Positions 16,945 to 26,021 of a stretch of DNA of 30,002 nucleotides are shown one piece after another. A program made the position numbers and the translations under genes. Below the pieces are notes generated by a model, which saw nothing but the letters and a program-made list of their open reading frames with translations, ran no database searches and was not told the origin of the DNA. The DNA comes from an uncultured Candidatus Saccharibacteria bacterium. GTDB taxonomy: Bacteria > Patescibacteriota > Minisyncoccia > Phycocordibacterales > UBA2100. The number at the start of each line of letters is the position of its first letter. Positions within the stretch are counted from its first letter, which is position 1. The stretch spans positions 4,404 to 34,405 of the forward strand of contig CAYPCF010000001.1 of the NCBI GenBank assembly GCA_964409155.1, read 5' to 3'.

Positions 16945-18339
16945 TTATTTCTTTTTATTTGTATTTTCAGACAGATTCTCTCTGTAAAATTCTTCTGCTA
17001 CTAATCTCCCATTTACTTTTCTTAATATTCCCCCAAAAAATGACTCTTCAATCTTTGTTATGCTCAAATTTGTTACTGCGGATACCTGAGCTATTGCATG
17101 CTCTAGCCATTTTCTAGGGACAACATTAAATAATCTCTGCATTATTAACACTTTCTTTTTTAAGTCATAAAGAAGATGATTGGAAAAGCCGCTTTCGTTT
17201 TTATTGCCCTCGTGTAGAATCTGTATCTCTACATTTACGGGGGTGGATTGATAGATAATCTTAAATCTTAGTTTAATATCTTTATATTTATACGCGCTTT
17301 TTTTGTTATCTCTGTCAAATTTTATATCAAGATTTGGAAATTGATTTGATATATTATCTATTTCTTTTTGACTCAATAAATCACCCTTTATTTCAAGTCT
17401 AAATATTTTTCCGTTGTCATATTCGTCTATTCCATAAGCTTCTTTTTGAGAAGTAAAATATTTGATGATATGTGACACAAAGATAGGTATATTATTGTGA
17501 GCTAATTCTATTCTTATACCTACTGCATCTTTTAAAGCCTGGTTTAAATTCGCCTCTCTGTTTAGAATAAGTTTCATTGCGGCGCTATACATACTCTTAA
17601 GTCTGGAGCAATACGAGGCTTTTATATCTAATTCCGGAACAGAAGATTCCTTGCATGACATTACGACGTCTTCAGAAGTCGATATCAGCAATGGTTCTAT
17701 ATCGTCCAGCTTTCCAAATATGGCCTCATTCAGAAAATGAAAGGCTTTCTCTCTTAGTTCTATTCGTCCATCATTTAACATAAACATCACGACGGTAGTC
17801 TTCACAAAGGCACAGAGAGCGACATGTTTCAACAAAGCGTCTTGCGATATTTTCCTCTTTCTACCCTGAGTATTTATTTTTTGCAGTTCTTTATATATAA
17901 TCTTCAAATCATTTAGTTCATGTGCATGTTGTATATGCTCTAGCCAATCTGTTCTATCCCTATCAATTCCAGTAGGCGCTGCTACCAGCGCTCTCGGGAT
18001 ATCCAAAACTTCTCGCAAAAAATCCATCGCCGCTTCAGCTGATTGTTTTATTTTCAATAAATATTCATCATCGGTCATTTCTTCAGATCTCGGGAATTGA
18101 GCATAAAGATATTTAACCCAAGCAGGAATTTCTGAAACTTTTGTTTTCTCTTCTTCAGCAGCTGGGATAGAAGGCAAATCTATAACAGTAAAACCTGTTC
18201 TTGTATCTATCCCGGAGTTCCCCAAAATTCTTCCTGCATCATGAGCATCAGATCCCTTTATTGTATGTCGTAATGAGACAAAATCTGCTCCTATATGCCC
18301 ACTCCTTCCTCTCGTCTCTTTTGGTGGTAACTCTGCCAT
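16945..18339 (-). CDS. Hypothetical protein with a divergent RelA/SpoT synthetase-like (small alarmone synthetase-like) C-terminal domain
   Basis: Ordered motifs SRLKSMYSAAMKL, LKDAVGIRI, YKYKDIK, VEIQI, NHLLYDLKK match the RSH synthetase Syn1-Syn5 order. N-terminal ~235 aa unrecognised. Confidence 0.65.
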   Translation of the reverse strand: MAELPPKETRGRSGHIGADFVSLRHTIKGSDAHDAGRILGNSGIDTRTGFTVIDLPSIPAAEEEKTKVSEIPAWVKYLYAQFPRSEEMTDDEYLLKIKQSAEAAMDFLREVLDIPRALVAAPTGIDRDRTDWLEHIQHAHELNDLKIIYKELQKINTQGRKRKISQDALLKHVALCAFVKTTVVMFMLNDGRIELREKAFHFLNEAIFGKLDDIEPLLISTSEDVVMSCKESSVPELDIKASYCSRLKSMYSAAMKLILNREANLNQALKDAVGIRIELAHNNIPIFVSHIIKYFTSQKEAYGIDEYDNGKIFRLEIKGDLLSQKEIDNISNQFPNLDIKFDRDNKKSAYKYKDIKLRFKIIYQSTPVNVEIQILHEGNKNESGFSNHLLYDLKKKVLIMQRLFNVVPRKWLEHAIAQVSAVTNLSITKIEESFFGGILRKVNGRLVAEEFYRENLSENTNKKK

Positions 18340-18347
18340 GCTTTGCT

Positions 18348-18376
18348 ATTATATCACGATAATATCATTTAGTCAA
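18348..18376 (-). promoter_or_regulatory. Near-consensus promoter for the RelA/SpoT-like gene
   Basis: Minus strand TTGACT, 17 nt, (TGa)TATAAT, 8 nt, ATG. Confidence 0.7.
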
Positions 18377-18424
18377 AGTAACACCTTTACTGATTTATCT
18401 ATATCATGAAGCAAGAGGAGAATC

Positions 18425-19033
18425 TTATTTTTCATTTAAAAAACTCAGTCTGTGCTCTTCGCTTACACCGAGCTTGCGCAAAGCGTCAAAATGCGCTTTT
18501 GTCCCATAGCCTTTGTGTTTTTCAAAATAATATCCCGGATATTTTTTTGCAATCTCTATCATATATCTGTCCCGTAAAACTTTTGCCACCACAGATGCCA
18601 AAGCTACCTCTATGAATTTCTCATCTCCTTTAGTAACGCTTTTCCAGTTGTATATATCCGGAGCTTTCAATGCTCCGTCTAAAATTACAGACTCGCTTGG
18701 AGCAGCTCCTATCTGTAACAATAAATCTGCAACGGCTTTTTGTAAAGCTTCAGAGATACCATGCTTGTCTATATACTTTGCGCTTAGAAAAATATGCTCG
18801 TATTTTATGTGTTGCGCTTGTAAAATATACTCAAAAATCGCATCACGCCTTTTCTCGCTAAGTTTTTTAGAGTCTTTAAATGGGCTCGCCAACATAAACG
18901 ACAACGGCTCTGAATCAAAATCTTCCCTTAAGGCTTCCATATCTTCCACTTTCACAACAGCCACAGACAATGGCCCCGCTATGGGCCCACGCCCCGCCTC
19001 ATCTATCCCATATATCAAGTTTTCTTTAAGCAT
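18425..19033 (-). CDS. rnhB: Ribonuclease HII
   Basis: GIDEAGRGPIAGP, DSKKLSEKRR, ILDG, KGD, ASVVAKVLRD, KHKGYGTKAH, HRLSF. Start ATG 19033 overlaps the SET gene stop (ATGCTTAA). Confidence 0.95.
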   Translation of the reverse strand: MLKENLIYGIDEAGRGPIAGPLSVAVVKVEDMEALREDFDSEPLSFMLASPFKDSKKLSEKRRDAIFEYILQAQHIKYEHIFLSAKYIDKHGISEALQKAVADLLLQIGAAPSESVILDGALKAPDIYNWKSVTKGDEKFIEVALASVVAKVLRDRYMIEIAKKYPGYYFEKHKGYGTKAHFDALRKLGVSEEHRLSFLNEK

Positions 19034-19427
19034 ACAAGTGTTTCTCAGAGCCACATGCGCAACCTTTCGGTTTGATAAATTCTTCAAAATACTCTCTGCC
19101 GTAGTCAAAGCCCAGCTCATCACCCGCTTTTATATCTTTTAGGGCGTGGAAAACTATCTCACCCGCTTCTATCTGCGCTTCTAAGTTTGGTTTACAGAAA
19201 TGATTTATATAGCGCGCAATATTGTCTCTGCCGGAACCGTCTATTGTATAGTCATCATCTATCTGAAACAAATACCTCGTATTCAACTTATCAGCTTCTT
19301 TTGTGCTAATGAGTTTACCTGTATATTTTATGACAAAATCCCCCTTTTTGATGTCCTCTCCTGCAAAAAGCCCCAAACCCGACACACCACGCTTGACCAT
19401 GACTTTTTTAGCTTTTTGTGATAACAT
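19026..19427 (-). CDS. SET domain protein-lysine methyltransferase
   Basis: GLGLFA, ARYINHFCKPN, ELGFDY and post-SET CACG. ATG at 19427 preferred. Confidence 0.9.
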   Translation of the reverse strand: MLSQKAKKVMVKRGVSGLGLFAGEDIKKGDFVIKYTGKLISTKEADKLNTRYLFQIDDDYTIDGSGRDNIARYINHFCKPNLEAQIEAGEIVFHALKDIKAGDELGFDYGREYFEEFIKPKGCACGSEKHLYA

Positions 19428-19430
19428 AAG

Positions 19431-19461
19431 ATTATAGTAACAAAAAAGAGTATGCTTGCAA
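19431..19461 (-). promoter_or_regulatory. Putative promoter for SET-rnhB
   Basis: Minus strand TTGCAA, 16 nt, TACTAT (overlapping TATAAT), 6 nt, ATG. Confidence 0.5.
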
Positions 19462-19643
19462 ATATTCATTCTATTATCTTGTGGTTGACGATTCTGCTAT
19501 ACTTTTTGATTACCATAACCTTGTTTTATCATTGGTATAAATACACCATAAATCCAAGCGTATTTTTGTTTTCGGTTATTATCTACCTTGGGCTTACAGC
19601 TTTTCCCCTCTTGCTTATGGCGGTTGCAGTGGGTGCCATGTAA
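19452..19643 (+). CDS. Small two-TM membrane protein
   Basis: 63 aa with two hydrophobic helices separated by HWYKY; fills the gap between the SET and PH-domain genes. Confidence 0.65.
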   Translation: MLANIHSIILWLTILLYFLITITLFYHWYKYTINPSVFLFSVIIYLGLTAFPLLLMAVAVGAM

Positions 19644-19656
19644 AAAACAAACGCGT

Positions 19657-20214
19657 ATGCCAAATAAAATAAAAAAACTACAAAAACTTATAAACCTGCA
19701 AAAAGACGAAAGCTGTAAACTTATTGTCCGCAAGCATTGGTTTGTATTCGTCAGAAACGCTGCCGGCGTCTTTTTTGGCACTTTAGTCTTGTGGATAATT
19801 CTCGGAATCGCTCTACGACTTGGGCACTTTAATGACGCCATGGTTGTTTTTTGGCAAGCTTTGGTGGTGCTTATGGGGACTGTCGCTATTTTCGTGATAT
19901 GGACAAATTATTTCTTGGACATGTGGATAGTCACAGACAAAAGGGTTGTGCATGTGGACCAAAGGACCCTCTTCTCGCGCGTCATCATAGCCACTCGCAT
20001 AGATCGTGTCCAGGATGTAAAAGCTCAGGTTAAAGGCATCATACCTACCATGCTCGGTTTCGGCAATCTCCAAGTCCAAACAGCCGGCGCCAGCTCTGCA
20101 AACATGCTCATCAACGGCATTCCAAAACCAAATGAAGTTAGACGAGTCATTTTGGAAAGATTAGATCAAGCATTAGACGGAGCGCACAATCACGACGGTG
20201 TGGGGCACAACTAA
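19657..20214 (+). CDS. Membrane protein with a bacterial PH domain (bPH_2/YdbS-like)
   Basis: VRKHWFVF, two TM helices, WIVTDKRVVHVDQRTLFSR, RVQDV, LGFGNLQVQTAG. ATG at 19657 preferred. Confidence 0.85.
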   Translation: MPNKIKKLQKLINLQKDESCKLIVRKHWFVFVRNAAGVFFGTLVLWIILGIALRLGHFNDAMVVFWQALVVLMGTVAIFVIWTNYFLDMWIVTDKRVVHVDQRTLFSRVIIATRIDRVQDVKAQVKGIIPTMLGFGNLQVQTAGASSANMLINGIPKPNEVRRVILERLDQALDGAHNHDGVGHN

Positions 20215-20230
20215 GCGCATCTGTGTCAAG

Positions 20231-21490
20231 CTAATCAGAATCCGTTACAAAAAATACGGCAGAGTCAAAACTAAGCTTATGCTTTGATTTGTCAGATAGT
20301 TTTATTAAAGTGAATTCATCTTTATCCAAGTCACATTTATCCTCCAAAGTCACAACATAAGGAATTGATAGTTTATCTGCCGTTTTTATTTGCTTGTCAA
20401 ATTTCCTTGCGGAATAATTCACTGCAGTCTCAATGTTAGCTCTCCTAAATCTCTCCGACAAATCAAAAGCGGCCCTTTTCAACTCCGGATCATCTTGCAA
20501 TACCATAATCATGAGCTTGCTTGCCGGCTCATACTCCGGCAAAAGCCCGCGCAAGTCCATAAAATCCCTTATCGTGACATCACCCATACCAAAACCTAAA
20601 GTAGGCACAGGCTCTTGTCCCAGAGACTTCATTAGATTGTCATAGCGCCCACCACCACACAAAGCCCTTGGGTTGGCCTTATCCGTATCAAAAACCTCAA
20701 AGATAAACCCGGTATAATAGTCAAACCCTCTGACTACCGAACTATCCACCACAACATTGTTGATGCCTCGCAACTTGAACTCATCCAAGTAATTTTTAAG
20801 TTCTCCCTCTGCCTCTGCATGCTTTAATGCAGCAAGAAAAGCATCTTTTTCATTGGCTAAAATCCGTGTTAGATGCTCATCAAAATCTTCTTCTGAAATC
20901 TTAGCTTTTCTGTCCAAGAGCGCCAGTGTGCTTTTTGCGGCAAGCGGCGGCACCTCTAACTCATTAAATATTTTGTCCAAAACGGAACGGGAGTTGATCT
21001 TTATCAGAAAATCTTCTTCCTTGGCGCCGAATGCAAAAAATATCTCTCTTACAAGAGCAACAAGCTCTATCTCGTAGTCCATACCTTCTGCGCCAAAAAT
21101 ATCCGCATTGAGCTGCCAGTGCTCGCGCAAACGCCCTTTCTGAGGTCTTTCATATCGGAAAACATTGGGTATTGAATACAAACGCAAAGGAAAACCGAGT
21201 TCTCTGCGTTTCTTAGCCACCATGCGCGCCACAGTCGGGGTCATCTCGGGGCGCAGTACGACTTCTCTACCACCTCTGTCTTCAAAGATATAAGTCTGCT
21301 CGTTGACTATCTCATCACTTGTTTTGTTTCTATACAAGTCTGCCGACTCCAAAACGCTTGCGCCATAATGCTCAAAACCGAAAAGCTCGCAAGTCTCAGA
21401 CATCACTCGGCGTATATAATCAAGAACGAATTGATCTTGCGGGTAAAAATCTCTCACCCCTTTATAACTTTCCAATATTTCTTTTTTCAT
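20231..21490 (-). CDS. hisS: Histidine--tRNA ligase
   Basis: GVRDFYP, LRPEMTPTVAR, FRYERPQKGRLREHWQ, RGFDYYTG, GGGRYD, anticodon-binding domain. ATG at 21490 preferred. Confidence 0.96.
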   Translation of the reverse strand: MKKEILESYKGVRDFYPQDQFVLDYIRRVMSETCELFGFEHYGASVLESADLYRNKTSDEIVNEQTYIFEDRGGREVVLRPEMTPTVARMVAKKRRELGFPLRLYSIPNVFRYERPQKGRLREHWQLNADIFGAEGMDYEIELVALVREIFFAFGAKEEDFLIKINSRSVLDKIFNELEVPPLAAKSTLALLDRKAKISEEDFDEHLTRILANEKDAFLAALKHAEAEGELKNYLDEFKLRGINNVVVDSSVVRGFDYYTGFIFEVFDTDKANPRALCGGGRYDNLMKSLGQEPVPTLGFGMGDVTIRDFMDLRGLLPEYEPASKLMIMVLQDDPELKRAAFDLSERFRRANIETAVNYSARKFDKQIKTADKLSIPYVVTLEDKCDLDKDEFTLIKLSDKSKHKLSFDSAVFFVTDSD

Positions 21491-21496
21491 GTGTAT

Positions 21497-21524
21497 ATCA
21501 TACACTTTTTAAACACTTTCTCAA
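21497..21524 (-). promoter_or_regulatory. Promoter for hisS (leaderless-type)
   Basis: Minus strand TTGAGA, 16 nt, TATGAT, 6 nt, ATG. Confidence 0.6.
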
Positions 21525-21562
21525 ATATGAAAGAGCTCAAATTTAACAGTTAACACATTTTC

Positions 21563-21571
21563 TGTTATAAT
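21563..21571 (+). promoter_or_regulatory. Extended -10 promoter for the exonuclease gene
   Basis: TGTTATAAT-GCCCGCC-ATG (21579). Confidence 0.6.
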
Positions 21572-21578
21572 GCCCGCC

Positions 21579-22157
21579 ATGCGTAAAGTAGTCTTTGACA
21601 TAGAAACAAGTAACACCTTTAGAGATGTCGGAAAGTCTGACCCCGCCGCATTGGATTTGTCTGTTGTTTGCATTTATGATTACAAAGAGGACTCTTACCA
21701 ATGTTTCTTTCAAGATGAATTAAACCAATTATGGAAAATCTTAGAAAGCACTGACATGTTAATCGGATATAACTCAGACCACTTTGACATCCCTCTTTTG
21801 AACAAATACTTCCCGGGTGACTTAACACAGATTAAGAGTCTTGACATTATGAAAGAAATCCAAAACTCCTTGGGAAGACGCATCAAACTTGACACCATAG
21901 CGGAAGCCACTCTGGGCGAAGGGAAATCAGCTCACGGACTGCAAGCGATTAAATGGTGGCAAGAAGGCAAGTATCAGGAAGTTGCCGAATATTGCAAGCA
22001 AGATGTGAAAGTAACAAAAGAAATTTTTGACTACGCAGAGCAACACGGCAAGTTGCTTTACAAAGATTTGGGACAAACAAAAGAAATGGAGATAGACACA
22101 AGCTCCTGGAACAAACTTGACGAGAAAGCCACCTTGACGCATACATTACCTTTTTGA
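21579..22157 (+). CDS. DEDDy 3'-5' exonuclease, RNase H-like (YprB/RNase_H_2-like)
   Basis: ExoI VFDIET, ExoII GYNSDHFDIP, ExoIII YCKQDV. Confidence 0.88.
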   Translation: MRKVVFDIETSNTFRDVGKSDPAALDLSVVCIYDYKEDSYQCFFQDELNQLWKILESTDMLIGYNSDHFDIPLLNKYFPGDLTQIKSLDIMKEIQNSLGRRIKLDTIAEATLGEGKSAHGLQAIKWWQEGKYQEVAEYCKQDVKVTKEIFDYAEQHGKLLYKDLGQTKEMEIDTSSWNKLDEKATLTHTLPF

Positions 22158-22221
22158 AGCTTACATGTAAATTTGTGGTAAAATAGTTGATACATTATCA
22201 GTTTAATTATTTATAAATTAT

Positions 22222-22929
22222 ATGAGTAAAGAAAAAGATTTGATGACGCCGATTGCCATAGTGGTAGCAGGCGCCATAATAGCGCTTGCAGTTTACTTTT
22301 CTATAACCGCAAACAAACAAAACGCGGCAGGCAACAATGCTAACACACCGCAGAAAGCCCCCGTAGTCAAAGTGCGCACACCTCAAAAAGACGACCTTAT
22401 CAAAGGATCTAAAAATGCGCCTGTGGTTGTGATAGAGTATTCCGATACAGAATGTCCATTCTGTAAAAACTACCACGACGTAATGAACCGTATCGTAAAA
22501 GACTACAAAGGCAAAGTGGCTTGGGTTTACAGGTTCTTCCCATTGCCACAGTTACACCCAAAAGCTGAAAAGGAAGCTCGGGCGGTCGCCTGTGCGTACA
22601 AACTAAAAGGCAACGATGCAGCGTTCAAATACTTGGACCGCATCATGGAAATCACACCGTCCAACAATGGGTTGGACTTGAGCAAATTACCTGAGGTGGC
22701 GACATATGTCGGCTTAGACAAAGCGGCATTCCAAAAATGTCTGGATTCGGGTGAAACCAAAAGCCGCGTGAGTCGCGACTCAAACGAAGCGATTAAATCA
22801 GGCGCAAAAGGCACACCTCATAATGTGATACTGTATAAAGGTGAGCAAATGGTCGTCCCCGGCGGTTTACCATACGAACGATTGAAGCTCATTATTGATC
22901 AACTGTTGAAAGATAACGCAAAGAAATAG
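22222..22929 (+). CDS. Membrane-anchored DsbA-family thiol-disulfide oxidoreductase
   Basis: N-terminal TM anchor, EYSDTECPFC (CxxC), YRFFPL, cis-Pro loop GTP. Confidence 0.9.
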   Translation: MSKEKDLMTPIAIVVAGAIIALAVYFSITANKQNAAGNNANTPQKAPVVKVRTPQKDDLIKGSKNAPVVVIEYSDTECPFCKNYHDVMNRIVKDYKGKVAWVYRFFPLPQLHPKAEKEARAVACAYKLKGNDAAFKYLDRIMEITPSNNGLDLSKLPEVATYVGLDKAAFQKCLDSGETKSRVSRDSNEAIKSGAKGTPHNVILYKGEQMVVPGGLPYERLKLIIDQLLKDNAKK

Positions 22930-22955
22930 TTATCTCACTTACAGTAGCGTCACAC

Positions 22956-22987
22956 AAAAACTCTCGGTCAAAACCCGAGAGTTTTTT
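22956..22987. terminator. Bidirectional intrinsic terminator between the convergent DsbA-like and helicase genes
   Basis: AAAAACTCTCGG-TCAAAAC-CCGAGAGTTTTT(T). Confidence 0.85.
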
Positions 22988-23011
22988 ATTCCTAAATTGA
23001 AAGCACTTCCC

Positions 23012-26005
23012 CTATCTCATCATGTCGCGCAAGGCACAATACTCACATTTACCTTGCTTGTGTTTTTCACAGCGACTATCCCAAAAATCAAAATTGTATA
23101 TGGACTGCACTGCAGTTTGCATCTCAGAGCGCAGCTCTTTCAAATCGTCATCGCTAATATCAAAAAATTCTCTTGAAAAATCCCCTGATTCTTTCGGCTG
23201 TATGAAGTCTATCACTCCTTGTCTCATCTTATACTTCCCTTCCGTATCAAGTAGCAACTTATAAAACACGAGTTGGCGGAAGTAGTCTTTATTGCCGTCT
23301 TTGTTCTTGCCTAACAATTTGTTGCGGGTTCTCGGCTTTCCGGTCTTGTAGTCATATACCAATACCTCCGAGTCATCCACAAACTCTAATTTGTCCAATT
23401 TTCCCGTTATCCGCAATTGAGGCAAAAATTCTAAGCCTGTTTCAAACAGAACATCAATCGGATATTCGTTCAAGGTCTTCTGAGGCTTTGCAAAACTCTC
23501 CTTATAGTGATTCATCCAAGCGAAAAGATATTCTTTGGCAAGCTTTAGTATGTCTTCGGCTCTTTGCTCGCCAACGGCACGCTTTTGCAGATAATCACGC
23601 ATGATTACTGTAAGCTCTTTTTTTGTTTTTATTTGACCCTGCTTTAGCCCCTCATGCAAAACAAAAAGAGCGTGGTGCAAGACATTTCCCAGCAACAAAT
23701 ACTTATCCTGCATTTTGGGTATGCGTATCAAGTTGCTGTAAAAAAAATTCCATGGACAATCTAAGAAATTATTTAGCGCTGTAACCGATAGGCCTTGTTC
23801 CATAAAAAGCGCGCGTAGATATTCCATATCTGCTACTGATTTTGCGCTTAAAGGCGCGGATTTCAAAAGCTCCGCTTTTGAAATCCGCGCCTCCTCTTCA
23901 CTCATATCCAAGTTACAAAGAGCGCTACCTGTCAACTCTGTAACAAAAACCGAAGGCAGTCTCTCTTTGCCCGCCTCTGAGAATTTGCCGTAAGACATAT
24001 GCACCGCCAGCTTAGCTCTAGTCAGAGCGACAAAAAACAATCTGCGCTCGTCATCATTTCCTTCGTCAAATTTGGCTTTCTTGGTGGGCAAGATAAACTT
24101 ATCTCTTGATGCTCTGTTGCCCCATTTTTTATCATAGACCCGCAACAAAAACACATGCTCAAACTCTAAGCCTTTCGCTTTATGCGCCGTCATAAGCTTG
24201 ACCGTATTCGGGCGCAGGGTCGGCTCTTTGCTGATGGACAGCTTATGTTTGCGTAAAATACTCAAATGCTCCAAAAAATCCTCTAACTTGTAGTCAAGCT
24301 GTCCGGCAGACATTGCGCTGGCATCTTTAAAAAGAACATGCAACTTGTCCAACAAATCCAAACTGTTCTTTCTGTTTAGCGCAAAAGTTAGAAAACCGGA
24401 GTTATTGAGTATCTCGTTTATGAACTCAGGTAACGGCTCATTTTTTGCAAGTTTACCAAAGCGCGCCATAAAATTTCCAAAAGAACGCATGCTCTTTACA
24501 TCCTTAACTCCCGCGCTTTGCAGCTCCTTGTCAGACAAGATGATATCATACAGACTCTTTTTTGAACGACGATAATGCTTAAGCGTCTTATACACATCCA
24601 ACTCATCAAGCTCCAAAAAATCAAGGTGCATCACACGCGCCAAGTATTCATCATGACCAAAATTATTTACAGCTTCAAGCAAAAGCAGGAATTTATTTAT
24701 ATCCTTATCTTTGAGTGTATCTGCGCCCGATGCAATATGAAAAGGAACCGACTCTTTCTCAAGAGCTTTTACAAAGAGCTCAGCATCGGCATTTGTGCGA
24801 TATATCAAGGCGATTTCTTTTGCCGGCACACCCTCATCCAGAAGTCGTCTTACTTGCTTGGCGACATGCGCAGCTTCCATTTCATCATCAGAATATACCG
24901 CCAAAGAGAGCTCCGCTTTTTCAATGCCGGCTTTGGAGTGCAGTTTTGCGCGTTTTAGATGGTCTGTTGCATGAGACATTAAAGCATGAGCCGCGTCCAA
25001 TATCTCTTGCCCTGAACGATATGAGTCTTCAAGTTCTATTACCTTTGCATCTTTAAATTTATTTTTGAAATACATAAAGTTTTCAAGAGACGCTCCTTGA
25101 AAGCGGTAAATGGCTTGCTTTTCATCCCCCACAATAAAAAGATTCGGTGACTCATGAAAGTCCGTCAACAACTCCAAAAGCATGTTTTGCGCATCATTTG
25201 CATCTTGATGCTCATCTGCCAAAACATAAAGGAAGTTTTCTTGCACACGCATTTTAAAATCCTCGTCTTCACGCATCTGCCTTACAAGCTCTAATATCAT
25301 GTCCTCAAAATCGTACAGTTTCTCTACACGAAGCAAGTCTTCGTATTTCTCATATATATCTACCAACTCTAAACCCCGTAAAAGTTTCTTTTCTATCGCA
25401 GAAGCCTCTTTTTTGAGTTTGCCGGTTCTTTTGTTGTAGGATGTCTCATCCGCCCTTAGTCTGTCCAACTCTTTGACGGTAAATTCTTTTAGAGTCTGCG
25501 CCGAGATGGCGTCTCGCTTAAGCTCAGATATTGCACCCATGATAGATGTTAAGTGCATATGCTTATCATAAAACGGCTTTAGCTCGCTATAGTCCCCCTC
25601 GTCTATGATGCGCGCCAAAAGCAGTATTTTCTCCACATCAGTCATAGGTTTTGACAATACCAAACGCTCAAAACTCTCCGGGTCATTTTGTATCACAGAG
25701 TTGGCAAAACCATGAAATGTATGAACATTCACCTTGTAACCCTCCGGGCCAATCATTTTTACCAAGCGCTCTTTCATGTTGGCGGCAGCGCTTTCGGTAA
25801 AAGTCAAAGCCAAAATACCGTCGGCCGGCGTATCGGTTTGTCTTAAAATATTTGCTATGCGAAGTGTAAGTATTTGTGTTTTTCCGGTTCCTGGTCCTGC
25901 CACTACCATCACGGGGCCGTCTATGCTATCTACCGCCTCTTTTTGCCTGGCATTAAGCATTTTATAGTTCTTTGTAAATGCCGGTGTTACTTTTACCTTA
26001 GACAT
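23012..26005 (-). CDS. UvrD/PcrA-family SF1 helicase fused to a C-terminal PD-(D/E)XK nuclease (AdnA/B-, AddA-like)
   Basis: AGPGTGKT, ADEHQD, VGDEKQAIYRFQG, YRS, MTAHKAKGLEF, DERRLFFVALTRA; nuclease GKLDK, YDYKTG, QLVFY; four Cys (DCPW...C...CEYC). ATG at 26005 preferred. Confidence 0.9.
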   Translation of the reverse strand: MSKVKVTPAFTKNYKMLNARQKEAVDSIDGPVMVVAGPGTGKTQILTLRIANILRQTDTPADGILALTFTESAAANMKERLVKMIGPEGYKVNVHTFHGFANSVIQNDPESFERLVLSKPMTDVEKILLLARIIDEGDYSELKPFYDKHMHLTSIMGAISELKRDAISAQTLKEFTVKELDRLRADETSYNKRTGKLKKEASAIEKKLLRGLELVDIYEKYEDLLRVEKLYDFEDMILELVRQMREDEDFKMRVQENFLYVLADEHQDANDAQNMLLELLTDFHESPNLFIVGDEKQAIYRFQGASLENFMYFKNKFKDAKVIELEDSYRSGQEILDAAHALMSHATDHLKRAKLHSKAGIEKAELSLAVYSDDEMEAAHVAKQVRRLLDEGVPAKEIALIYRTNADAELFVKALEKESVPFHIASGADTLKDKDINKFLLLLEAVNNFGHDEYLARVMHLDFLELDELDVYKTLKHYRRSKKSLYDIILSDKELQSAGVKDVKSMRSFGNFMARFGKLAKNEPLPEFINEILNNSGFLTFALNRKNSLDLLDKLHVLFKDASAMSAGQLDYKLEDFLEHLSILRKHKLSISKEPTLRPNTVKLMTAHKAKGLEFEHVFLLRVYDKKWGNRASRDKFILPTKKAKFDEGNDDERRLFFVALTRAKLAVHMSYGKFSEAGKERLPSVFVTELTGSALCNLDMSEEEARISKAELLKSAPLSAKSVADMEYLRALFMEQGLSVTALNNFLDCPWNFFYSNLIRIPKMQDKYLLLGNVLHHALFVLHEGLKQGQIKTKKELTVIMRDYLQKRAVGEQRAEDILKLAKEYLFAWMNHYKESFAKPQKTLNEYPIDVLFETGLEFLPQLRITGKLDKLEFVDDSEVLVYDYKTGKPRTRNKLLGKNKDGNKDYFRQLVFYKLLLDTEGKYKMRQGVIDFIQPKESGDFSREFFDISDDDLKELRSEMQTAVQSIYNFDFWDSRCEKHKQGKCEYCALRDMMR

Positions 26006-26012
26006 ATACAAG

Positions 26013-26021
26013 AGTATATCA
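26013..26021 (-). promoter_or_regulatory. Extended -10 promoter for the helicase gene
   Basis: Minus strand TGATATACT-CTTGTAT-ATG. Confidence 0.55.

Noticed and set aside
22155-22157. Possible genetic code 25 (TGA = Gly) because TGA stops are rare
   Set aside because: All long ORFs are intact under code 11 and conserved Gly motifs use GGN; the exonuclease ends sensibly at TGA.
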